From the IMG/VR virus record IMGVR_UViG_3300042445_002023: a stretch of 64,000 nt of DNA; one strand, given 5' to 3'. The notes under the pieces were generated by a model that was not told the origin of the DNA, ran no database searches, and saw nothing but the letters and a program-made list of their open reading frames with translations. Positions within the stretch are counted from its first letter, which is position 1; each line of letters starts with the position of its first letter. The translations under genes and the position numbers were made by a program. Of this stretch, positions 10,690-19,261 are shown piece after piece. The stretch is from a virus (Duplodnaviria; Heunggongvirae; Uroviricota; Caudoviricetes).

Positions 10690-12972
10690 ATGAAACATTT
10701 ATTAGTTACATTATTCTTATTAATATCATTTTTAGGGTTCGGACAGAGTGTATCTGCTCCGGACTCTAAATCGTTTATACCATCCACTGCCGGACAAGAT
10801 GCAAGTGGATTTGTATTGAGTGGGTTTAGTGCTACATCAACTTTGTTAGCATCAATCAGTTTAGTTAATCCACCAACAGGTACAACATTTAACCTAACTA
10901 CAACAACAGGTCTGACCGCAGCAAGTGGATTTACATTAGCAGGTAATAAGACTCGTTTAGTGGTAACGGGAACAATGGCCAATATCAATACTGCATTAGC
11001 ATCCTTAAAAGTAAACACAGGTTCAGTAAGAGGTAATGTTTTATTATCAGTAGCGGCAACAGTCAATCCGGTTGGATATTATTACAATGGTGTAAACGGA
11101 CACTTTTACAGACCAATAACAACCGGAGCAACTTATACGAACGCAAGAGCGGCATCTCTATTAACCACATTCAAAGGACAAACGGGATATTTGGTAACAA
11201 TTACTTCTGCCGATGAAGATGCATTTATTTTCAATAATGTACCACAAGGTAATATTTGGTTTGCATTAACCGATGAAGCAAGTGAAGCTAGATGGACGAT
11301 AGATGCGGGACCTGAAAAAGGAACTCTAATTAAAATAAATAACGGACAACTAAACGGAAATATTCCCGGTCAATACAACAACTGGGCATCTGGTGAACCA
11401 AACGATAGTGGTAATGAAGATTATGCAGTAACTAAATGGGGTGGCGGTTCTCAATGGAACGATTTACCTAATCATTTTAATAATCCTTATGTAATTGAAT
11501 ATGGAACTTGGACTAATCCTGATGATGCAACCTTTACGGAGTTTTATACCAATAGTGTATCACACTCAAATGGTGAAGTTCTATCTGCAAAATTCAATGT
11601 TGATTTTGGTGGTAATGTAGATGAAACTAAATTCACAGCAAAAGGATATACATATACTAACAATACATGGAATGTAGTAAACGGAACTGCTAAACAATTA
11701 AGTGGGTTGGGTAAAGTTGATTTGACAAGTTTGTTAGATACTACTAAAACTGCAAATGGAATTAGAGCACTAACATCTGCTGGACAAACTGAATGGGCAA
11801 TAATAAATCCATATAATGCAACTTTGGGTGGACATCAATTGTTAATAGACGAAAGAGAATTTGATGGAACGGGCGTTTCTCCAAACAATGTAACATCAAT
11901 TAAATTATTTGATATATACGATGGACCAGTTACCATTAGTAGTGTAAGTGGTTTTTGGAAAACATATATAATGCCAGGTGATTTGACATCAAAAATAACA
12001 TCATCAACATTTCAAGCCCAATTAAGATTACAAGATGGTTGGTATGGAACGAAAGCCGAATTTGCATTTTCACCTGCAATGGTATACAAATCACATGGAA
12101 TGGAATTAACTCATTCAAGCCAAACGGAACTAAATACATTATATAGTAATATAGTAGGGGTATCTGATGTATATTTGGCATTTAAAGAATTGGCAGATAA
12201 AGGTATATTGGGAAACCAAAGTGGATTAGGATTAACAAATGGTATTCAGTATTTAAATGCAGATGTGGATGGTAATGGGATATTTAACGAATCGGATACA
12301 TATAAATTATTACAACATTTAACAGGAGTTCAATCACTTTCACAATCTACGGCATTAACTTATTTGATGAAATTATATAACAAATCAGATTACGATGTAA
12401 TAACAACATCAAATTGGGGAACTCAATTTAATTCAACTCGCAACTTAATTCCATTCACATTGAGTAGTTTAAATAATACATACAATATAAATGTAACTTG
12501 GTTAGGTGATGTGAATCTTTCACATTCGGCACAACAAAGTGTAAGTAGTGTTACAACCAATTCGATACGAAGTATGAGTTTAGCAACTAATTCAGTTTCT
12601 AATCAAATAAACGCATATCTGATGGGTGAAAATATTGGCGGTAAGTTAGTAGTAACAATATCAGTTGACCCATTACAACAAGAATTAGTCGGTACTCAAT
12701 TCAATTTAAACTATGATAATACCGCTTTAAAGTTTGAAAAGATAGAATTCACCACAAAGGGGACACCTACCAATTTTGGAACTAATAGAGGTACATATGT
12801 AACATTGGGTTCATTAATAACAGATGGTTCAACTATATTAGATAAAACAACTGAATATAAAATAACATTCACACCATTAATAGGATTAAATGGTACATTG
12901 GGATTAACATCAATATCAAATACTGATGCAGTTAATAAGAATGGAACACAATTAAAAATAAAAATAAATTAA
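10690..12972 (+). CDS. Secreted protein with C-type lectin-like, dockerin/EF-hand-like and C-terminal cohesin-like domains
   Basis: Sec signal; NGHFY...GYLVTITS...WFALTDEASEARW...NWASGEPND...WNDL (CTL); ADVDGNGIFNESDTYKLLQHLTG (dockerin-like); LGDVNLSHS; GTQFNLNYDNTAL. Confidence 0.7.
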   Translation: MKHLLVTLFLLISFLGFGQSVSAPDSKSFIPSTAGQDASGFVLSGFSATSTLLASISLVNPPTGTTFNLTTTTGLTAASGFTLAGNKTRLVVTGTMANINTALASLKVNTGSVRGNVLLSVAATVNPVGYYYNGVNGHFYRPITTGATYTNARAASLLTTFKGQTGYLVTITSADEDAFIFNNVPQGNIWFALTDEASEARWTIDAGPEKGTLIKINNGQLNGNIPGQYNNWASGEPNDSGNEDYAVTKWGGGSQWNDLPNHFNNPYVIEYGTWTNPDDATFTEFYTNSVSHSNGEVLSAKFNVDFGGNVDETKFTAKGYTYTNNTWNVVNGTAKQLSGLGKVDLTSLLDTTKTANGIRALTSAGQTEWAIINPYNATLGGHQLLIDEREFDGTGVSPNNVTSIKLFDIYDGPVTISSVSGFWKTYIMPGDLTSKITSSTFQAQLRLQDGWYGTKAEFAFSPAMVYKSHGMELTHSSQTELNTLYSNIVGVSDVYLAFKELADKGILGNQSGLGLTNGIQYLNADVDGNGIFNESDTYKLLQHLTGVQSLSQSTALTYLMKLYNKSDYDVITTSNWGTQFNSTRNLIPFTLSSLNNTYNINVTWLGDVNLSHSAQQSVSSVTTNSIRSMSLATNSVSNQINAYLMGENIGGKLVVTISVDPLQQELVGTQFNLNYDNTALKFEKIEFTTKGTPTNFGTNRGTYVTLGSLITDGSTILDKTTEYKITFTPLIGLNGTLGLTSISNTDAVNKNGTQLKIKIN

Positions 12973-12977
12973 AAATT

Positions 12978-13325
12978 ATGTTAGATACACCATTTAAGGT
13001 AATTGGAGTTGCTAATTGGCCAGAATATATTAAAACTTTACCAATCGAACAAAGAGATTGGAAAGAAATAGTTCACGATGTAATACGAGAAATGAGAAAC
13101 GATTATCCTGTTGTTACAGATGCATGGCTAAAGGAATTACATCAGAGGGTACTAGATGTAACTACTATTATTATAGACCAAGATAATAATTTCACTCGTA
13201 AGGGTGGGATTTGGATTGGACCAACTTATGATAGAAATAAAAATATTTTAGTTGGGTGGGTATCATTTGTGGGTGATGGAGCGTTTAGATATGAATTTGA
13301 AACCGACACTTTCATAATGGACTGA
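12978..13325 (+). CDS. Hypothetical protein
   Basis: 115 aa ORF abutting its neighbours; no recognised motif. Confidence 0.6.
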   Translation: MLDTPFKVIGVANWPEYIKTLPIEQRDWKEIVHDVIREMRNDYPVVTDAWLKELHQRVLDVTTIIIDQDNNFTRKGGIWIGPTYDRNKNILVGWVSFVGDGAFRYEFETDTFIMD

Positions 13326-14218
13326 TGAAAAAACTAATAACCATATTATTTTTACTTTGTGTAAGTTTTGTTACAAACGCACAAATACAAACACCTGATA
13401 CATTACAACTATCACCAAAAGAATTATTTGGAGAAAGTGATGATTGGAACGATGTGGGTATATTACAATCCTATGTTAATTTTTCAAAAGATGTACTTTC
13501 ATCATCAAACCTTTCGGTAGGTGTAATCGGAAAGCAAGTATCTACTACTCTTAATTTAGGATATCATAAATCATCTATGAATGGGCAATGGGGACATTCA
13601 TTTGCAGCATCGATAAACCCTATATGGAACTATTATGGTGTGGGATATGGTTTAAGTAAAAATACTGAAAAAAGAACTACTACAATACAAACATTCTATT
13701 CTACGGATTTTGATTTCCAAAAAGATATTACATTATCATTCATCGATGTATTCAGAACTAAAAAATGGGGAACATTTGGATATAGTGTAATTGCATCAAA
13801 ATCATTTTGGGGAACATACGAAGGCGAGTGGGAAGGAAAATATACAATTGATGAGAATGGTAATTTTAAAGATTTAATATATCCACAAATGCCGGCATCA
13901 AATGAATTGAGTTATAGGGGTATGGTGATGTACACATATACATTGAAAACAAAAAGAGTAAACATCTCCCCACAAATATTCGCAATGAGTGATGTATATA
14001 AAGTATTCAAAGATGGTACTGAATCGGATTTAGCATATGTTGATGATTTCAATTTGGATTTATATTATGGTACATCTATTGATTGGAAAATAACTAAAAA
14101 ATTCATATTGAATACTAATATTAGATATAACACAACTTGGGATAAATTAAGTGAATCAGTTGGATATAAAAAGAGTAACCCAATCCTATTTATGATAGGA
14201 ACAAACTTTCAATTCTAA
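13325..14218 (+). CDS. Secreted putative outer-membrane beta-barrel protein
   Basis: Sec signal ending TNA-Q, alternating aromatic/hydrophobic strands, C-terminal IGTNFQF typical of a BAM beta-signal. Confidence 0.6.
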   Translation: MKKLITILFLLCVSFVTNAQIQTPDTLQLSPKELFGESDDWNDVGILQSYVNFSKDVLSSSNLSVGVIGKQVSTTLNLGYHKSSMNGQWGHSFAASINPIWNYYGVGYGLSKNTEKRTTTIQTFYSTDFDFQKDITLSFIDVFRTKKWGTFGYSVIASKSFWGTYEGEWEGKYTIDENGNFKDLIYPQMPASNELSYRGMVMYTYTLKTKRVNISPQIFAMSDVYKVFKDGTESDLAYVDDFNLDLYYGTSIDWKITKKFILNTNIRYNTTWDKLSESVGYKKSNPILFMIGTNFQF

Positions 14219-14559
14219 TGAAAAAGATAATATTGATATCATTGATTTTATTGGTAGGGTGTACTAAACCAGAACTACCAACCCCAACTCCAACTGTTGA
14301 AAAAATATTTAGTGTCGGTGAAAGTAAAGTAGTAAACGGACAATCTATTTATTTTGATTTACCATCAGCTGGAACATATACACTAACTTTAATTGATAAA
14401 GAAAGTGGACAAGTAGTTAGTAGAGAAAGGTTTATTGGACAGAATGGAGAAAATGTAAAGAAGATTTATACGAATTCAATACAATCTCAATATTTATATT
14501 TGTTATTAGAAGATGTTACTAAAAAAGAAATAAGTAAAACAACAATAATAACCAAATAA
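14218..14559 (+). CDS. Lipoprotein with T9SS C-terminal-domain-like Ig fold
   Basis: Lipobox LVGC; YFDLPSAGTYTLTLID...GQVV. Confidence 0.55.
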   Translation: MKKIILISLILLVGCTKPELPTPTPTVEKIFSVGESKVVNGQSIYFDLPSAGTYTLTLIDKESGQVVSRERFIGQNGENVKKIYTNSIQSQYLYLLLEDVTKKEISKTTIITK

Positions 14560-14570
14560 GGGAAACCCAC

Positions 14571-14942
14571 ATGAAAAAATTAATTTCAATAATTGCATTA
14601 TCAGTACTATTAACAGGTTGTTATAAAGATGATATTATAGAACCAATAAGACCTCAGGCTACTGATGATTTAAAAATAGCTAATGCGGTTGGTATCAAAT
14701 TACAAACACCATTTGTAACATCGGAAGTTGCTATGAATGTAAAAAGTGATGTAGCACAAACTGTAACTATTAAAATTTTTGATATTGCTAATAGAGTAGT
14801 ATCTAAATCTACAAGTGAAGTAAAGGTAGGTGATAATATTTTAAAAGTATACACAAACGCATTACCATCATCTGGATATAGAATAGGATTATTCGATGCA
14901 AGTGGTAAACAATTAGGAATAACGGATTTTAACAAACTATAA
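14571..14942 (+). CDS. Lipoprotein with T9SS C-terminal-domain-like Ig fold
   Basis: Lipobox LTGC; VTIKIFDIANRVV...LPSSGYRIGL...TDFNKL resembles the type-A CTD pattern. Confidence 0.6.
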   Translation: MKKLISIIALSVLLTGCYKDDIIEPIRPQATDDLKIANAVGIKLQTPFVTSEVAMNVKSDVAQTVTIKIFDIANRVVSKSTSEVKVGDNILKVYTNALPSSGYRIGLFDASGKQLGITDFNKL

Positions 14943-14957
14943 ATAGGAGAATTAACA

Positions 14958-15266
14958 ATGGCAGAAGAACAAGAGGAATCAACAGGAAAATCTTTTAAAG
15001 GTATCCTAATTACAGTTGTGAGTACAATATCATTAGGTATTGCAGCATATGTAACAAAAATTATTACGGGTGAAAAAGATGAAACACCGGTACAACAAGC
15101 AGCACCAGTAATCAACATCAATCAAGCAGCACCTCAACAAGTATCAGGCGGTACTAAAACTATAATCATCAATAAGGGTGGAGATGGTAGTGCTAAACCA
15201 GCACCGGCACCAAAACCAAAGAAAAAAGAAGGTGATGAATTTAAAGAAGAGGCACCTAAATGGTAA
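14958..15266 (+). CDS. Single-TM, Pro/Gln-rich hypothetical protein
   Basis: Hydrophobic ILITVVSTISLGIAAYV followed by QQAAP/PAPAPKPK low-complexity sequence. Confidence 0.6.
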   Translation: MAEEQEESTGKSFKGILITVVSTISLGIAAYVTKIITGEKDETPVQQAAPVININQAAPQQVSGGTKTIIINKGGDGSAKPAPAPKPKKKEGDEFKEEAPKW

Positions 15267-15275
15267 CCATTTAAA

Positions 15276-15437
15276 ATGGAACAAGGATTGGGTTTTATAG
15301 TGGTAATTGTATTGTGTACGATAGCTATGTTTGTATTTAATTCTCCATTGATGTTTTTAACATCTTTTATTGGAGGTAGCAGTTATTTAGTAATAAGAAG
15401 TAGAAAAAAAGGTTGGAAATGGCCACATAGGCCGTAA
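15276..15437 (+). CDS. Small membrane protein (53 aa, not in ORF track)
   Basis: MEQGLGFIVVIVLCTIAMFVFNSPLMFLTSFIGGSSYLVIRSRKKGWKWPHRP*; fills the gap between ORFs. Confidence 0.55.
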   Translation: MEQGLGFIVVIVLCTIAMFVFNSPLMFLTSFIGGSSYLVIRSRKKGWKWPHRP

Positions 15438-15460
15438 CTTAAAAAAAGAGAATAAGTAAA

Positions 15461-16084
15461 ATGTCAGAAAATAATCAACCCCCAAGTGGTTTTAAAGATT
15501 TATTAAGTAATATGATGGCCAGAAGATGGTACATCACCGCATTGGTATTGGGTGGATTTATGTTTATTATAGGAGGAATGTTCTTCGCTATATTAAATAA
15601 ATCAGCAATAGAAGGTGAATGGAAAGAACTTCTATTATTGTTATTAGGAGCGTTCATTGGTTCTTATGGTAAAATCATTGACTATTGGTTTAGTGATACT
15701 GATAAAGATAAAATGTTGGTTCAGAAAATGGATGAGGAAGATGGTACGGCAATGAGTAACACTGCTGATATGCCGGTAACTCCGCCAAACAACACACCAA
15801 TCATACCAGAGGCGTTTCAAACCGCTATTGAAAACTCAAAAATAGAAAAGGTAAACGATACGTTTGAACAAGTACCAACTACACAACCAAGAACAGGTAT
15901 TGAAGTGGATGAAGATGGCGATGGTGTAATGGATGGTATAGATTTTGATGGAGATGGTAAAATCGATATGTACTTTGCACATAGACAATGTGAGCACGTA
16001 TGGGGAGATTTAGATGGTGATGGTGAAGAAGAATGTTTAAAATGTGGCAAAATCAGAGATGAAGATGCCGAACAAGTAGGATAA
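15461..16084 (+). CDS. Two-TM holin-like protein with C-terminal DxDxDG Ca-binding loops and possible Zn site
   Basis: Two TM helices ending GKIIDYWFS; DEDGDG, DFDGDG, DLDGDG; CEH...CLKCG. Confidence 0.5.
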   Translation: MSENNQPPSGFKDLLSNMMARRWYITALVLGGFMFIIGGMFFAILNKSAIEGEWKELLLLLLGAFIGSYGKIIDYWFSDTDKDKMLVQKMDEEDGTAMSNTADMPVTPPNNTPIIPEAFQTAIENSKIEKVNDTFEQVPTTQPRTGIEVDEDGDGVMDGIDFDGDGKIDMYFAHRQCEHVWGDLDGDGEEECLKCGKIRDEDAEQVG

Positions 16085-16131
16085 AATAAAGGTTACATAG
16101 TTTCATAATTAAAAAAAAAGGAAAAAAGACT

Positions 16132-16386
16132 ATGGCTAAATTTACTGATATTTTCAAAGATTCAAATGATTTGAATGAGAAAACAATCGTAGGGTTTGCA
16201 TCATTTATTGTAATGACAGCATTTGCAGTTACTGATTTGGTAACTGGGTATTTAGGAAAAGAATTACTTGTAAATGAATTTATTTACAATTCATTTATGT
16301 ACATAACATTAGGTGCTTTTGGTATCGCTGAAGTGGGTAAAATCTTTAATAAAAAAGAAGAACCAAAAGAAGAAGAATTGGGATAA
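16132..16386 (+). CDS. Two-TM small membrane protein (holin-like)
   Basis: Two hydrophobic segments and a charged C-terminus KKEEPKEEELG. Confidence 0.55.
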   Translation: MAKFTDIFKDSNDLNEKTIVGFASFIVMTAFAVTDLVTGYLGKELLVNEFIYNSFMYITLGAFGIAEVGKIFNKKEEPKEEELG

Positions 16387-16390
16387 TTTA

Positions 16391-16418
16391 AAAAGGGAGA
16401 TGATTTCTCCCTTTTTTT
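16391..16418 (+). terminator. Intrinsic terminator
   Basis: AAAAGGGAGA-TGATT-TCTCCCTTTT followed by a T-run. Confidence 0.8.
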
Positions 16419-16444
16419 ATATTTATATAAAAATAAAATACAAT

Positions 16445-17518
16445 ATGGCAAAAGAACAAATCCCTGCAGGTTGGCAAGGTGGGTTTCCATCTGAAAATCA
16501 AAAGCAAATGTTATATCCTACTACGGATTTATCTTCATTACCTATGTTGGGTAATATGGATAACATTAATTTACTACAAAGACAATGGGGTGTTAAATGG
16601 CCAATGTTTAGTTGGAATACCCTAAATGGGGAAAAAGACCCAAAACGTTGTTATGTACAATTTGCTCCTTATATTTCTAGAATAGGATATACTAATGAAG
16701 GTAGAATTTATTCAATAATCTGTCCTCAGCAGGGGATGTGGGTTGGTGATGAAATTTGTATCAATGTTGAAGTAACAGTTACTGGACAAAAAGGGTGGGT
16801 AAATGAAACTACAAAAGAAATAGCCGCAGATATGATGGTTGAGGGAAAAATTTGGCTAACACCAAGTGAACATCAAGGTAGTCATTTAAAAGCAATTTGG
16901 CCATTATTAAAATATAGTGCTCATAAATACCCTATTGACAAAGAAAACGCAATTCGTGTTTCAACCCATTTACCAGGAAATCCTAAACAACCTGTATTTC
17001 AACTTGGAAAAGGTTTATCTTCAAGATTTAAAAATCCACAATTTGCTATAAAAGAAGAAGCATTTACAACAGGACATATCAATGTAGAAATAGGAGGAAT
17101 AGTTCCTACAAACGATGCCAAACTAGATAAGTTCAATCAATATTTTTTAGATATTTTTAACTTAGCTACTGGTAATATGCTACAAAAGGGTAATGTATTA
17201 TCGTGGAACTTATTTTTTGATTCACCTGAATTAGTTTCAGTTTCTGAATGGCAAAATCACGCTGATTATTGGCGTACTTCTATAAACGCTCATCATGGTT
17301 CTCCAGATGGTGAGGGAACAAGTCCAAGATATTTTGATGGAACATATTTTGACACTAAAAATTTCGCTATTAAAGAGGTTATTAAAGAAATTTTAAATCA
17401 CGTAGTAAAAAACCCCACATTGAGAAAGGGTTTAATATTATTTGTAGAATATTGTCCTAAAACAATTTTGGATATATTTTTAAAAAAAAGTAAACAACCT
17501 AAAACAAATACACAATAA
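16445..17518 (+). CDS. Hypothetical protein (357 aa)
   Basis: Long ORF; start moved to ATG 16445, after the terminator and TATTTATA motif. Confidence 0.7.
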   Translation: MAKEQIPAGWQGGFPSENQKQMLYPTTDLSSLPMLGNMDNINLLQRQWGVKWPMFSWNTLNGEKDPKRCYVQFAPYISRIGYTNEGRIYSIICPQQGMWVGDEICINVEVTVTGQKGWVNETTKEIAADMMVEGKIWLTPSEHQGSHLKAIWPLLKYSAHKYPIDKENAIRVSTHLPGNPKQPVFQLGKGLSSRFKNPQFAIKEEAFTTGHINVEIGGIVPTNDAKLDKFNQYFLDIFNLATGNMLQKGNVLSWNLFFDSPELVSVSEWQNHADYWRTSINAHHGSPDGEGTSPRYFDGTYFDTKNFAIKEVIKEILNHVVKNPTLRKGLILFVEYCPKTILDIFLKKSKQPKTNTQ

Positions 17519-17521
17519 ACT

Positions 17522-17764
17522 ATGGAAGACGAATTAATAGGAATCATTAAATTATTCGGTGGAAACTTTATTCCACGAGGATATATGGAATGTAATGGAC
17601 AATTACTACCAATAAATCAATATCAAGCGGTGTATTCAATACTTGGTAATACATATGGTGGTAATTATCAATCAATGACATTTGCTCTACCTAAATTAAC
17701 CCCTCCCAATGAGAATATGAAATATATTATGTGTGTGGAAGGTGTATACCCATCAAGACAATAA
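17522..17764 (+). CDS. Phage tail collar domain protein
   Basis: IGIIKLFGGNFIPRGYMECNGQLLPINQYQAVYSILGNTYGG...FALPKL. Confidence 0.85.
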   Translation: MEDELIGIIKLFGGNFIPRGYMECNGQLLPINQYQAVYSILGNTYGGNYQSMTFALPKLTPPNENMKYIMCVEGVYPSRQ

Positions 17765-17768
17765 TACT

Positions 17769-18512
17769 ATGACAAAAGAAGAAATATTATACAATGTTGG
17801 TTTAACTGAAAAAGTTTATTCCGAACAAAAAGACATCGATTTTAAATCATTGGGTTTAAAATTAGTTAAGTGGATTGAGGATAAAAAATCCGATACTCAG
17901 GGATTCGTTGCAACAAAAGATAAATCAATTTATATTGTTTGGAGAGGCAGTTCATCTAAAAAGGATTTCCAAAATGATGCATCAATTGATAAAGTTCCTT
18001 TCATTGAAGAAGGTGAAAAAGTTCATATTGGATTCAAATCATCGTGGGAAGCAGTTAAAGATAAAACATATCAGGCGTTAGATGTTGCACTTAAAAACTT
18101 AGGTCAAGAACATTCAATAGATAATATTATTGTGTGTGGTCATAGTTTGGGTGCTGCAGTTTCAACCTTATCTGCATATGAGATTTATTCGATTTACAAA
18201 TCAAATAAAATTATATGCTGTACCATTGGTAGTCCAAGAGTTGGAAATAAAATATTTAAACAAAACTTTGATAAATCACCGATAGAATCCCTAAGAATAG
18301 TTCATAATTTAGATGTTGTTACTCGTGCACCAAATATTGGATATCATCATGTTAATACCGAATTAAGGATTGATGATGAGGGTAATGTTAAAAAATGGAT
18401 GGTTGATTGGAAAAGAGTAGGTGATTACCTTAAAGCAGTTTTCACTGGTCAGACAGTTAAAGACCATATGACAAGTAATTATATAAGTGCATTAAATAAA
18501 TGGAATCCATAA
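17769..18512 (+). CDS. Lipase class 3 (alpha/beta hydrolase)
   Basis: WRGSSS, VHIGF, GHSLGAA, GSPRVGN, VHNLDVV, DH. Confidence 0.9.
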   Translation: MTKEEILYNVGLTEKVYSEQKDIDFKSLGLKLVKWIEDKKSDTQGFVATKDKSIYIVWRGSSSKKDFQNDASIDKVPFIEEGEKVHIGFKSSWEAVKDKTYQALDVALKNLGQEHSIDNIIVCGHSLGAAVSTLSAYEIYSIYKSNKIICCTIGSPRVGNKIFKQNFDKSPIESLRIVHNLDVVTRAPNIGYHHVNTELRIDDEGNVKKWMVDWKRVGDYLKAVFTGQTVKDHMTSNYISALNKWNP

Positions 18513-18521
18513 AAAAAATAT

Positions 18522-19241
18522 ATGAAACAATTATTAGTATTTTTGCTTGGTGTTTTACTAAGCAATGTTGCCATTGCCCAAACTGTGGGAACAACGAAGA
18601 CCGAAAATTACAAAGCAAGTTTCGAAACAAAAGTAGACATTAGTCAATTCTTAGATTATGAAGGTAAACAAATCCCAATACAGATTCTCAAATGTGGTAT
18701 TGGTGATGAAGTTTATGAGCAGTATCCTGAACTCAAAGAAAAGAAAGTGGGTTTGGGTGTGGCTAATATCACGATGGAATATTTGGAGAATCTTAACAGG
18801 TTTACGTTTACGGAGGATAAGACAGAAATTAAGAACCGCATGGTAAAGCAGTTTCAAGCTTCTCAATCTGGTATTTCGCAAGATAAGTTAGATGGCAGAG
18901 GAAAAATTAGATTAGCACATTATTTTGTAGAAATTGAAGTGTATGATTTTTCAGTATCCGAAGATGAGACAGTAAATTTAAGTAATGGTGTTAAGAATAA
19001 AGTAGTAACTCGTTTGGGTTTACAAGTTCGTTTCACAAATGCAGAGACAGGAGAAATTATAGCAGCAAGTGGATTGGGTGAAGCGGTTACAACAAGAGAA
19101 TTATCACTCCTTTCAGATGCAACTGTGGATGAGGTTAAATTCAACCAATCAACCATTGGAACATCTACAAAGAAAGCATTGGATATAGCATGTGCAAGAA
19201 TATTAGGTAGAATGATTAAAAAGGGTGTGTTCGAAAAATAA
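18522..19241 (+). CDS. CsgG/HfaB-family secreted protein
   Basis: Sec signal; RFTFTED...; LQVRFTNAETGEIIAASG pattern of CsgG-like proteins. Confidence 0.7.
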   Translation: MKQLLVFLLGVLLSNVAIAQTVGTTKTENYKASFETKVDISQFLDYEGKQIPIQILKCGIGDEVYEQYPELKEKKVGLGVANITMEYLENLNRFTFTEDKTEIKNRMVKQFQASQSGISQDKLDGRGKIRLAHYFVEIEVYDFSVSEDETVNLSNGVKNKVVTRLGLQVRFTNAETGEIIAASGLGEAVTTRELSLLSDATVDEVKFNQSTIGTSTKKALDIACARILGRMIKKGVFEK

Positions 19242-19261
19242 AATCGATAATATTTAATAGT

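Noticed and set aside
9027-12972. True cellulosome
   Set aside because: No dockerin-bearing glycoside hydrolases are seen and there are only 1-2 cohesin-like domains per protein, so a degradative role is unsupported.
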